Origin: Botryllus schlosseri
Lineage: Eukaryota
Direction: 5' to 3'
Assembly: GCA_051294905.1 (NCBI GenBank)
Contig: CM119381.1
Location: 16,430,001 to 16,494,000 of the forward strand
DNA: 64,000 bases
Made by a program: the position numbers and the translations under genes. Shown here in pieces: positions 1-11,500 of the stretch (position 1 is its first letter; the number at the start of each line of letters is the position of its first letter). The notes beneath the pieces were generated by a model that worked only from the letters and a program-made list of their open reading frames with translations, was not told the DNA's origin and did no database searches.

Positions 1-1117
1 TCGATCATATGATATTTGGACGACGTGGACGCGCGTGTGTTGTACTTGTGCGCTTTTGATTCAGAGGTAAAGAAGTCATTGAAATATTCGGGGCAACGAC
101 CGCAGTGAAACTCGTACATAAACTTGGCGATTTCTAGTTTCCGCATATCTTCTATGTTTAGGACGCCGAATCTCTTCAGCAGCGACTTATTGGATGGGCA
201 GCCAGGCCCCTTTGGGGCCCTAGCTATGATTCGGAGCACTTTATGCTGTAGTTTCTGCAGTGGCTTGAGTGCAGTTTTACTGGCAGCCCCCCAACAGAGG
301 ATGCCATAATGTAACTTCGATTGGATTAAGGATTTAAAGAGTATCAGGAGAACCCATGCTGGCATGAAGCGCCCAAGGCTGTAGAACAGGCCGCACTTCG
401 GTGATAATTTAGTTTCTAGGGACTGAATATGACTCTTCCAGGACATGTTCGAGTCCAGTAAAACTCCGAGACATTTGGCATTATCTGTGTTGGAAACGGG
501 CTGACCAGCGATATTAACGGTTAGGTTATTTTTTGAATTGACTGTCAGCTAGGCTTACCATATTTCGGAAATGAAAAAAGAGGACACTTTTTCAGAAATT
601 TCAGTCAAGCATAACTGGAGAAGAATTCTCAAAAACAGGTAAATTTCACCCGCTTCATGATCGGTTGACTAAAAAAAAAAAGGTCATCACTTCCACTCAG
701 AGCTCAAAAAAAAAAAGGTCTTCTTTTCGCTCAGAGCTGAAATCACCACTTTTCTCTCCGAAATACCCACCGGAGCTTCACTTCTGCGCTAATTTGCGGC
801 ATATCACTCGCAATTTCCTCTAAATCTGACCTAAATTTTCAAAAAAGAGGACAAAATCTCAAAAAAGAGGACAAAAGGGCGTCCTCCGAGGACACTTTCA
901 AAAAAGTCAAAAAAGAGGACAAATCCTCTTAAAAGAGGACGTATGGTAAGCCTACTGTCAGCAATTGCGATTTCGAGGCGTTTATGCAAAGGTTGTTCTG
1001 GGCCGTCCACTCATGGACTTTGGGCATTTGGTCACCAGTCAGGGCATCCAGCTCTGCCGTCGAAGATGCGGAAGAGAGGAGGTGAGTATCATCAGCGAAC
1101 AGTGTGGTTATATTAGT
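1..1117 (-). mobile_element. L2/CR1-like LINE reverse-transcriptase C-terminal fragment, split by a MITE
   Basis: Manual minus-strand translation: TLFADDTHLL (FADD at 1088-1099)...WTAQNNLCINASKSQLLTV, then after removing 550-954 plus one TSD copy the same frame continues NIAGQPVSNTDNAKCLGVLLDSNMSWKSHI...LHYGILCWGAASKT...LQHKVLRII to the window edge. This is typical of the CR1/L2 RT thumb region. Confidence 0.9.
550..954. mobile_element. hAT-type MITE family A (TIR TAGGCTTACCATA)
   Basis: TIR taggcttaccata / tatggtaagccta; exact 8-bp TSD ctgtcagc (542-549, 955-962); repeated AAAGAGGAC subterminal motif. Confidence 0.9.
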
Positions 1118-1500
1118 ATAGGGTTACCATATTTCAGCAACCCAAATTCCGGACACTCTTTAGCGCCCACTAGTGGAAATAAAATGAGTTATGACGTCAC
1201 ACTAGCAAAGCTTTGCTCATAGACCAGAGGTGGTCACGGTCCGGTTCAAGAGTATGTGGCTGTGTGTTGTGTAACCGGGCCCGAAAGCACATGTTTTCAG
1301 CCCCCTTCCGCCCAAATAAACAATGATCTGAGCCCACACTATGGGGTAATCGATGCAAATTCTGGGCGGGGGGTGCTTGCTATATGAATCTGGTTTCTAT
1401 ATGCATCTGGTCGTTAAATTATGTGAATAAATTCTGTCAATAATATTGGTCGTTCCATATATTACTATATAGATAAGCCTACTACTCTCCGCCCTCACGA
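1118..1500. repeat. Stacked truncated DNA-transposon ends
   Basis: tagggttaccatat at 1118 resembles the family A terminus and truncates the LINE; ccagaggtggtc at about 1223 resembles other hAT-like ends in the window. No matching far ends found. Confidence 0.45.
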
Positions 1501-1683
1501 TCAGAGTTAGCGGTAGTGCTGGTGGAGGATGATGAGTTCGAAAATACAGGGAGCGTAATTGCACATCGTTTAGTCATGTTCAATTGTTCATGTTCTACCT
1601 ATAAGATTGTTCATCAGCCTTATGCCGGTGCGCACCACGGAGCTTTATAAACACCCCACATCCACTGGTTTCCATCCTTTTAT

Positions 1684-3789
1684 CATAGTGTCCTATATGG
1701 TGTCGACACAAGCAAATCGCACGGTTCAATGAAATTGTATCACGTCACAGTTTCCATTTGGCTACAGGCAATTTGACGGTGATTTTTGACCAACTTGCCG
1801 AGCATCAAATTTGATGAATCGGTATCAATCGAAAGCTGACGCTGTACTGCTTGCGAAAATATAAATTTTATTCCACTCATGGCCCTAGAACCCCCACAAT
1901 CTGCCCCCAATTATTCATTGTCGAGTAGATTGGCAGTGTGACGCAACAATGATGTCTGGCGAAACGAGAGACTAGTTCAAGAGCAAGGATGCGGCCGAGC
2001 GGCGAGAGTGGGATCAGCTGACGTCGCGGCAATAGCAATGTGAAAACGCGCCACAGAGAAACGCTGCGCTGTTGATACTTTTTCTATGCGCTTCGGTACA
2101 AGCGAGCACACACCAGCCTTTCCTTGACTTGTAAGGGTAGAACTGGGTCCACAGAATGTATTAGGGCCCTACCAATTTTCGCGCAATATCCTTCAGCTGA
2201 TAAAGATATGTAGGCTAGGTCTAAGTAGTCTACATTGGATATGTCAGATTATTATGATATCGATTGCCTTAGCCCGCTTGTTGCGTAGGGCTCCAGAGAT
2301 GCGTGGCGCTGTTGATACTTTTTCTATGCGCTTCACTAAAAGCGAGCACACACCAGCCTTTCCTTGACTTGTAATGGTAGAACTGGGTCCACAGAATGTA
2401 TTTGGTCCCTACCGATTTTCGCGCAATCCTTCAGCTGTTAGAGATATTTCTAGTAAGAAGAATATACTTTCAAGTAATAAGATTCACTCAAGACAGCAAA
2501 TTTAGATAATGTAAATATATCATATTGTAGTAATACAACTACAGTGTTGAGTTTTCACTCTAGTCCCCATAAGCACCACGTCGGTGACCTTGCCAAATTC
2601 CGAGCAGGCGAAAAAGTGCAAACTCTGTTGGGCCGAATGGACAATCAGTTATTCACAGATGCGAAAAAAATACGGCAAATCCGTTTTACGTAAGTTACAT
2701 TAGGAATATATATACAGGCTACAGAATGAATATAATTCAAATATCTGTGATACCACTGTACGTATTACTTTTGACGCAAAAGGTCCCCGGCATTCAAAAA
2801 AACTATTTGGTGATTGAAAAATGCTAAACCAAATTCCAACGTCTACGTTTATAGTGATATCAGATATATTCCAGTGAAAAACAAAGGTATGAATTTGGTG
2901 GTAACATTTTGGAATCATTTGGCAGGTATGGCCCGCAAGCTTTCTAGTAACGGATTGAATCCGGACAGCAATACCAGTTTAATTCGACACTCCTGTTGTT
3001 GAACTTTATTCAACAATCAACATTTTACCTGCTGCATTCGCGGACCAAGTCCTACCCATACGGATCAAATAAAAGCTTGTAATGTATGCTCATGCTCAAT
3101 GCTCCTTGCTCACACTTAACCATAAAAGCGACTATAGAAAGTATCGACACCCGCCATCAACAGCGTGACGTGTCTCTGGAGCCCTACGCAACAAGCGGGC
3201 TAAGGCAATCGATATCATAATAATCTGACATATCCAATGTAGACTACTTAGACGTAGCCTACATATCTTTATCAGCTGAAGGATATTGCGCGAAAATTGG
3301 TAGGGAGCAAATACATTCTGTGGACCCAGTTCTACCCTTACAAGTCAAGAAAAGGCTGGTGTGTGCTCGCTTGTACCGAAACGCATAGAAAAAGTATCAA
3401 CAGCGCAGCGTTTCTCTGTGGCGCGTTTGCACATCGCTATTGCCGCGACGTCAGCTGATCCCACTCTCGCCGCTCGGCCGCATCCTTGCTCTTGAGCTAG
3501 TATCTCGTTTCGCCAGACAGCATTGTTGCGTCACACTGCCAATCTACTCGACAATGAATAATTGGGGGCTGATTGTGGGGGTTCCAGGGCCGCGAGCGGA
3601 ATAAAATTTATATTTTCATAATTAGTGCAGAGTCAGCTTTCGATTGATATCCGATTCATCAAATTTAATGCTCGGCAAGCCGGTCAAAAATCGCCGTCAA
3701 ATTGCCTGTAGCCAAATGGAAACTGTGACGTGATACAATTTCATTGAACCGTGCGATTTTCTTGTGTCGACACCATATAGGACACTATG
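1684..3789. mobile_element. Non-autonomous foldback element with about 620-bp terminal inverted repeats
   Basis: 1684-about 2305 (catagtgtcctatatggtgtcgacac...) is the near-perfect reverse complement of about 3174-3789. About 2065-2200 is duplicated directly at about 2305-2440. No transposase ORF and no TSD. Confidence 0.9.
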
Positions 3790-4675
3790 GTGCTACCGTC
3801 TCGGGTACTTGGTAGAGATGAGCGGATTTGAAATTTCTATGTCCTAATCCAATCCAAATCCGAACCTTCAAATCCAAATCCACATCCTAATCCATAACTT
3901 TTTCATATTCAAGTCCATGTCCAATCCTAATCCGATTCCAACTGAAAATTCAGAAAAAATACTAATTTATGCAATGGAGGGATTCGAAAATTTTCTTTCA
4001 CAACCAACGATTCACTTGATTCAAGATAACTTAGTAACCATAAGTACATTAATAACTGATCTGAAGAAAGTTTGTCGCCATTCGCCACACGACATTTCAA
4101 TCTCCCAGAAAATAGGTAAATCCAATCCAAATCCTAATCCGTTCCGAAAAAAATGTCTAATCCAAATCCAATCCAAATCCGTCAAAATTTCACAAATCCT
4201 GTTTTTTCAAAACCTAATCCTAATCCATGCTCATCTCTGGTACTTGGCAATCTTCGCATAATCCAGTTGGGTGACAATGCAATTTGCGCAAGTGATAATT
4301 AAGTTTGCAATGTCCGGTCCTTAATCGGAATATAGGACAGAGGGAGCTCTTCTTGTTGTTTCTTCGCTGGGATACGTTTGGTAAGCTTCCCCATTGGCTG
4401 AGAAAATTCTTCGGTATTGCGATTCCAGGTCCACTTGTATGAATTCTTCTCTGAACAGGATTTTCGCTCTTGATGTTGTGTGATTGCGGATCACGCTCAC
4501 AGCAGAGAGTCACTAGATATTCACAGGCGGGAAGCTGGGTATTGCGAGCAAACTTTTGTAACAAAGCAAGTAAAATTTTTGAGATTGTCAAGGTGCATGC
4601 ACGTTTAGTCTTGATTTTTCTATGCTGCCAGCACCATGCATAGAGTCTCTGCAGTTTAAATGCAATAAATTTCAA
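3790..4675 (-). mobile_element. I-group (RNase H-type) LINE C-terminal fragment, interrupted by MITE 3813-4239
   Basis: ORF 4220-4675 ends IFRLRTGHCKLNYHLRKLHCHPTGLCEDCQVPE and resumes after the MITE as ...ETVA; this is the RLRTGH...CxxC motif typical of I/Nimb/Ingi-like ORF2 termini. Confidence 0.75.
3813..4239. mobile_element. hAT-type MITE family B (TIR YAGAGATGAGC; AATCC/CCTAATCC subterminal repeats)
   Basis: tagagatgagc...gctcatctctg with exact 8-bp TSD gtacttgg (3805-3812, 4240-4247). Confidence 0.9.
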
Positions 4676-5369
4676 CCGAAGATGTTATAATGAAGTGGAA
4701 ATTGTAATATATGAAAAAGGTTCACAGTGCAGAACCTACCAAGGTTCGTTTGTGAACGTGAACCTCTAAATTTCCGACGTTCACACACAGAACGCGAACG
4801 TAAACCTCACGTTCACACCATCCCTAATGGATAATGCACAGTGGCACACGTGCATTGAAAGACTTGGCCAAAATCCTTTTTGCTAGCACACGTCGGGGAG
4901 TCGCATGTTGGCCGAAACGGCTTGATGTGTGCTGCCGCGATATTGGCTGGCAGTGAAATGCCTGTTTTTATAAATTATACATATCTTCATTGAGGGGAGA
5001 GGTATGCATATTCAAATCAGGCGATCTACGGACATTAAATCGCGACGCGCGAAGAAAATTCCAAGTTTATTAAATCAATCAAAAGTACTCTATAATTTAT
5101 GTCGATTTACGAAGTAATTTTTGACCACCTTCAAACTCGCTTCCACCCAATAGGAGTGTTTGGGGTCCGACTCTGGCTGGAATGAAAATCAATGGGTGCG
5201 AGAAATCGTCAGCTATAAAGTTGGTTCATGGGTATACCTATACCGTGACGTAACAACCCAATGACGTCGAATTTAAAAAATTGGTCTCTCATGAGGCATT
5301 TTCATCGCAATCGTTGTATCGTCTTTCATATGTCTTAAAATAAAAGATAAACTTTAAGAAGCAAAATAA

Positions 5370-5495
5370 ATGTAGGCTAATCGTGATTACTTTTCCCAAG
5401 TAATCGCAATCGCAATCGACTACTTTTGCAGTAATCGTAATTGTAATCGCAGTCGATTACATTCATGAAGTAATCACCCCATGTTTGATCTAATT
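5370..5495. repeat. End of hAT-like family with GATTAC/GTAATC repeats (relatives about 33757-33900, about 35280-35400)
   Basis: Clusters of gtaatcg/cgattac; termini caaacatggggtgat (minus) and cagacatgggatgat (33757) are similar. Confidence 0.6.
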
Positions 5496-5859
5496 TGGGC
5501 CTGAGTCGCATTTACGTCTGCTAAATACCATGACCCTTATGACCAATGTCCCCTCTAATTTTTCACGAGTCTACGCAAACTCACCAACTCACTGCGCGGT
5601 CGGACTCTAGTTTTTTTTTGTTGCATTTCAATGCATTTTCTACAAAAAGAGATGGTTTCGCTTCGTCTGTTTCCGTATTAGTGATTACAAATTAGTTTGT
5701 TTGTTTGTTTTTTGAGGTATTCATGGTGTTTCTCGACTACTATAGTCATTTACACCAGACTTCATTTTTATTCCGTAACTGCCGACTTATAGCACGGCCG
5801 ACTTATAGACTTTTTGTAAGACACCACTTACGCGGATGAGGTGGCGAGGAGGAGTCATT

Positions 5860-6375
5860 TTCAATTCACCACCGAGTCACGTCCAAGTCCAAGTCAGCTA
5901 TAGCAGAGGGTCGAGTCTGCGTCCAAGCCATTGTGTTGACTGCTCAGTTTCCTGTTAAAGTCTTGTTAAACCCCTTTTTTATAACTCTAGTTGGTGATAT
6001 CTAATGGTTCGCATTTATAATATACTAATTTTCCTCACTTTCAGCAGTTTCTGGTCGCATTTTCAAACCAGAACCAATAGACGAAATCCCAATATAGTCT
6101 GGTTACTTTTATATTTTTCGAAATTACAATGAAATGTCGATCTTGGCCGCCCTACTGGAGTCTCGGTACGTTTTGCCTAATATAACAGATGAGCAGCAAT
6201 GATTCTCCAAGTCAAAGTAATTCAATAAAAAAATTAAGAATTGTGTGAGCACAGGGCACCGTTTCCACAAAGGCTTGGCCGCCTGAGTCTCGCGTCATAT
6301 GACTTGGTTCGAGTCATGCTCAACGACTCGAATCGAGTCATCAACAAATCGTGACTCGAGTCAGTACAACCCTTC
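5860..6375. repeat. Degenerate copy of GAGTC/GACTC-rich hAT MITE family C
   Basis: Shares segments (gagtcattttcaattcaccaccgagtc, gtcatatgacttggttcgagtc) with 37662-38116, 38833-40080 and 62177-62695. Confidence 0.7.
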
Positions 6376-8557
6376 ACTAAACCCCAATGCTAAGCCCTAA
6401 TGACCCTATAACACAGACCTTAAGGATTGTACCTCCAACCCTAACATCATTGTGCACGCACTACTGCCCTTATTGTACGTATACAATATAACGTGGCAGC
6501 TTCCAAGCTGAAGCCTCGCATTTCTGACCTGGTGCTGCATATGGTATCTGAAAGGGAACAGCAGAAGCCACATTTCTTTGCATTCAATTGAAAAGTATAT
6601 ATTGAAGTTCTGTACCTCCAAATAGATATCCATATGTTTTCGTTTTTTTTTTGCGAAAACTATATTTTAACGGTTTTGTTATTCTAACAGTGTTGGCGAA
6701 GAGCTCATTTTGAACACCAATCTATACATACGTTAGATTGCGTATAACGGTAAATGTTTGCTTTTATCACTCGGCGAAAATTTGGGATTCCGCGAAGTTA
6801 CCAAAGTTTAAGAATCACTGATTTAAATCCATAATTCGATATAGAATTTTAAAGTTGACAAAGAAAAGTAGAATAGAATATAAAATCAGAAACGACTACT
6901 GACAGCGGTAGCACCAAGGAACACTAACTACCGCTGGTATTAGTTCATATCAAAATGCATTTATCCCGAATATTCGTCCGAAAATGCAGTTGTAACAAAG
7001 AATTCTGACATTTTCAGAAATTGCATTGAAAAATAATGATGCTGAAGAATTATTTCTGAGATCCCATCGGGCTACGCCCAAAACATATCAAATTCTGTTC
7101 CTGACCCATCTCCAAAACGTAAACAATGGCAACATTTTTGTCATTCAGCTGCTGCTGCGTTGTTGAATTGTATCAAGTTTATTGCCAGCAATGATTTCTA
7201 GAACTGATTGCCAGACCGACTCATCAGTAGCGTGGCTCCAATCTCCATGTGTTTCTTATACTGAGGTTATTGATTTAAAGTTGATTTTATCGATATATTT
7301 CATGTGGCACCCTCTCTATGGTTGAAACTATTAGAAACCAGTTATATCAAAGCAATCGTTGTTGATAATCAAGTAGAAGTAATACCTGCTGAATCTATTC
7401 AATTGCCAGTGGAAGTCGCGATTTTTGATACATGCCTAAACTGCTTCAAATGAAATGCCTAAACACTGAGCAGTAAATAAGGGTTTCGAGGAAGTAGAAT
7501 GTGACGAGTTTAGCTACAACAATTGCTTAGTATAAGTAGTTTTAAAGCAGGACTACTTGATTAAGTATAGTTCAAGTAGACAAAACCTACTTGAGTACGC
7601 TATTAAAAAGTATAAGTACCCTACTTCGTTACTTATCACCTCTGGTAAAAACAATTTTAACTTCACTTAGGAAGCAAATTAGTATCGTCAGATCTCACTC
7701 CCTAACAATACCAAGTAATCGCAAGATTTCCAGGAAACAAATTTTAGATTGTTGTGCGGATTTCATGCGGACAAAGCATAAGACAGTACGGATCAGAGTT
7801 GAAACGATTTCGAAACGCGCATGCGGTTTGGAAATACATGAATTGCATAATTACTTAGACTTGGATGGCTTGAACGATACTCAAATGCAATATAAGAAGC
7901 GTATAGTAACCGCGGACGCTCCAATTGAATGAATGTCTGGGTACACAAAACGATATCGGATAGCGGAATTTTACTATAGATAACTATAAGGTATTAGTTA
8001 TCTATAATTTGACACAACTAGGGCGTCAAATAACATAATCTTTTCTGTCACATGATTGAAATTCAATTCAATGGTAACCACATTGACTGCACTTCGTGCA
8101 ATATAATGTATAAAATATATTGTACACAATTTTAATATATGATAATAATCTCATGGATCTGTTTGTGAGTCTACGAAACACTAAACAATAACGTAATGTT
8201 TGTATATGTATAGATGGCCACGTCCACACGTCTGTGATACTATTGCGATGAGTTTGGGCTAATTGTACATCGTTTGAGAGGCTAAGCTCATAAGTGTGTA
8301 TTCGCGAATGTAAATATTTCCCTGAAAAATAAAATCCAAATCCGCATAAGCGATGTCTTGCAAAATGCCTAGGCCAGAGCAATAGTGGGCCGCGCTGTAA
8401 GGTGGCAGCTCTGGAATTATATGAAGATTATCGACCTGGTATAAAATGGCAAACACATTGAATATAACAATAACACAACAACAACTATTTGTGCAGGAGA
8501 CCGTTCTGGTTTCCTCGGCCATTCGAATAGACTTTCGTAGTGCAATTAGCCCGCAGT

Positions 8558-11500
8558 TCAATCTAAAAGCGCATGCTCATGCTCAACATCGATGTGTTCC
8601 GGCAGCGATGGCGATTTTTTCATCTTCGTAATTTGACAACAAATACAAGTCATGCTGAAAAAGAATGGATCAGATTAATACGTATTGAACTCTGTTGTTT
8701 TCCACTTTACTTTCATGCCATATAAAAGAAATCTTCGTAGGCTTACATGCTGCAAAGCATGATGAACAATTTGAAAATGCTGGGAAGAAAACAGATACCA
8801 GTTGAGAAAAGTTGGTTCATGGCCTATTTTATATATTTTATTCTTGAGTAATTCTAGTCCGACAATTTTTCCATGGGAAATATTATTTCCGAGACTGTAC
8901 GTTGTACAACAGTGATTCCAAGTGGTTTTCAAGTGGCACACACTAGAAAAACTCTAAATTCCAAAAAGAATCGCGGCATTCAGCTTGGGGATCACTAATG
9001 TACAATGCCGTCTACTGGCAGCTGAACGACGCTTCCGCCTAATCGGCTATCTAGTGCGGCATCAAGACGAGCAACCAGCCGCCGCCATCATCAATCACAT
9101 TCCCACGGAGCCATGGCGCAGAGGTGGCTGGAATCGGAGAACATGGCGTTCGACAATGGAGACTGATCTAGCGCAACGCGGGCTGTCGCTTGAAGACGCC
9201 CACGACCGCCTACGTTGGAGACGCTTAACACGAGCCCAAAACTGATTTTCTCGATGTTCTTTTGTCTCCTGTTTTCTTTTGCCCTTTTTTATTTTATCTA
9301 ATTGAAAAGTCGATATATATATATAATGTACAATGTGCATTGTGCATATAAAATTCGTTTTTGTACTTACTACGGTGGTACCTACTACGGCTAGGGTGAC
9401 AATGACAATTTCACATACCTTGCCCTCAGATGTTAACGGAAACACAAACCGATACACACTGTATGCATTATTTTGAATGGCTTATTGACAAAGTGTACTA
9501 ATCGTTATAGTTTTCTTTGGCGCTGTTATGGAAAGATAATCGCGATATGTATGTGTGCTACAGCGTCATTGTGGTGGTACCTAAATTATCGACCACCGAG
9601 AGGAATTCGAACCAATCTCAACTTCATACCTAGCCCTATCAGCGATTATTACTCACGGCTCTAAATCACCGACAGTCTCTGGAATTGCTCTCGACTTGGT
9701 TTCCGGCAAGCCAACACATAGTAATGATGCAGCAACCCCAAGTGATCCCATCATCAAATATGGGATTGATGGGTATGAGTCACCTGTGTTCGAAAAATGC
9801 ACGATTAGAGCGGTTACATGTTGTTGGCAATGAATCAATACAAAAGCCATGCGTTGGGAATACCAGTGGTTCTCAAACTATAGGTCGCTAAGGATATAAT
9901 TATGGGTCGCAACGCACCAGAGCGACTGCTTAAGCCTATAAGATGTGTTATATTATAGGCCACAAACATTCGAAATGCATTTCGTTATTCGATATTTGAG
10001 GTTAGGTCGCGAGATATTAATAAACCTCAGGTTACGGGAGCGCTCTAAAAATATTGAGATCCTCATGCCTTATAATACCATACTATACTGTTAGCCTACG
10101 TGTTACGTGTTGTTAAATGATTATGAATAGATTTACAATTGATTTACAAATACATACCCATGTACAGCAGATATGGAGCTACCATTCCTCCCACTCTGGC
10201 GGCCATAGAGCTCGAACCAACTCCCATGCTTCGCATGAGCGTGGGAAATAGCTCCGAACATACGATAAACGCCACGTTAAATGCCGCTGACACCGCAAAC
10301 TTTCCGATCATGGCAGCCACAACAGCAGCTGTTGTGCTTCCTGTAAATTAGTAAACACGCTGACCTCAAGTTCAATACGAAGGCCAGGTATTATGTCGGG
10401 CATCGGTGACTAATCTGCCGATACAAAATTTCCCGGAGACCATATTTCGGCTGCACGTTTACTGGCTTGATTTTGTGTATGTTTGGGATCAATGGGTTAC
10501 ATATGAGTAGACCTATTACAAGAAGATTTGATTCATCCAAAGAATTCAACTGTTTTCTGTATTTAACTGTGGTTTAGCCATTACAAATTGCTAAAGTGGC
10601 CTCATCATCATCGTTTTATTAAACTATTATTTATGAAATCCACCACAAGATTGCGATATAATGAAAAGATATGAGGGTGCGGAAACGCCTTGGAGTAGTC
10701 TTTTAATCAGGCAACCACCTTGGCCATCAGCATGTAAATGAAGCATGCACACTGGATTTAAGAAATGATAACATAAATGGAAGCGACGAAAATGAATGCT
10801 GCAAGTGACGGTAGGCGAGGTCGATATACGTCATATTGCGGTCCGGTAATCTTGAGGGCTGACTATAGTATTGGCCTATAGGAGTAAATTAATGTGGCTA
10901 TGACATATATTCATCATTGTCGTTATCGAGTAACGCATATAAGATACTCTATTTTCGTAACAAAAAAAAAACATTGAAATATGTGTTCGAATTCAAATTG
11001 TTGCACCAGACTACTGAGTAATTATTCCGCTGAACAGAATAATGCGGAAATTTCCACTGTTAAGAATGTAAACAATCATTTCAAAACTTTCTGTCAACAC
11101 GTCCTATTTCTGATAGCTGTAGGCTACTATCCAAATATGGCTTAGCGAGAGATCTATTATGAAGGGAAACCAGTTCAACAATGACTTGGCTAATCTTCAG
11201 AAATTTCGAAAGATATCGATTCAAATCACTCGCTATTCTGTACAAGCGGGCTTTGCGGATCGTCACAAAAATATTTTGGTGGCTGTGTTTTGTACTTCGG
11301 AACGAAGTCAAGTGAAATCACAATTTTACATCCTGAAAATTCCAAGTGAGCCTTGAGCGCCATGTATAGTATTATGTATTATTTTATGAAACTTTTATTC
11401 CCCTCTGCGTTCAGTATTTCAGTCGATTATTTTCATCATACTTCAACTGTCCTACGCTCAGGCGCATTTGCAACGTAAAAATAATTATAATGTAATGTAT

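Noticed and set aside
7591-7932. 113-aa plus-strand ORF
   Set aside because: TTG start inside repeat-like sequence; no motif or splice support.
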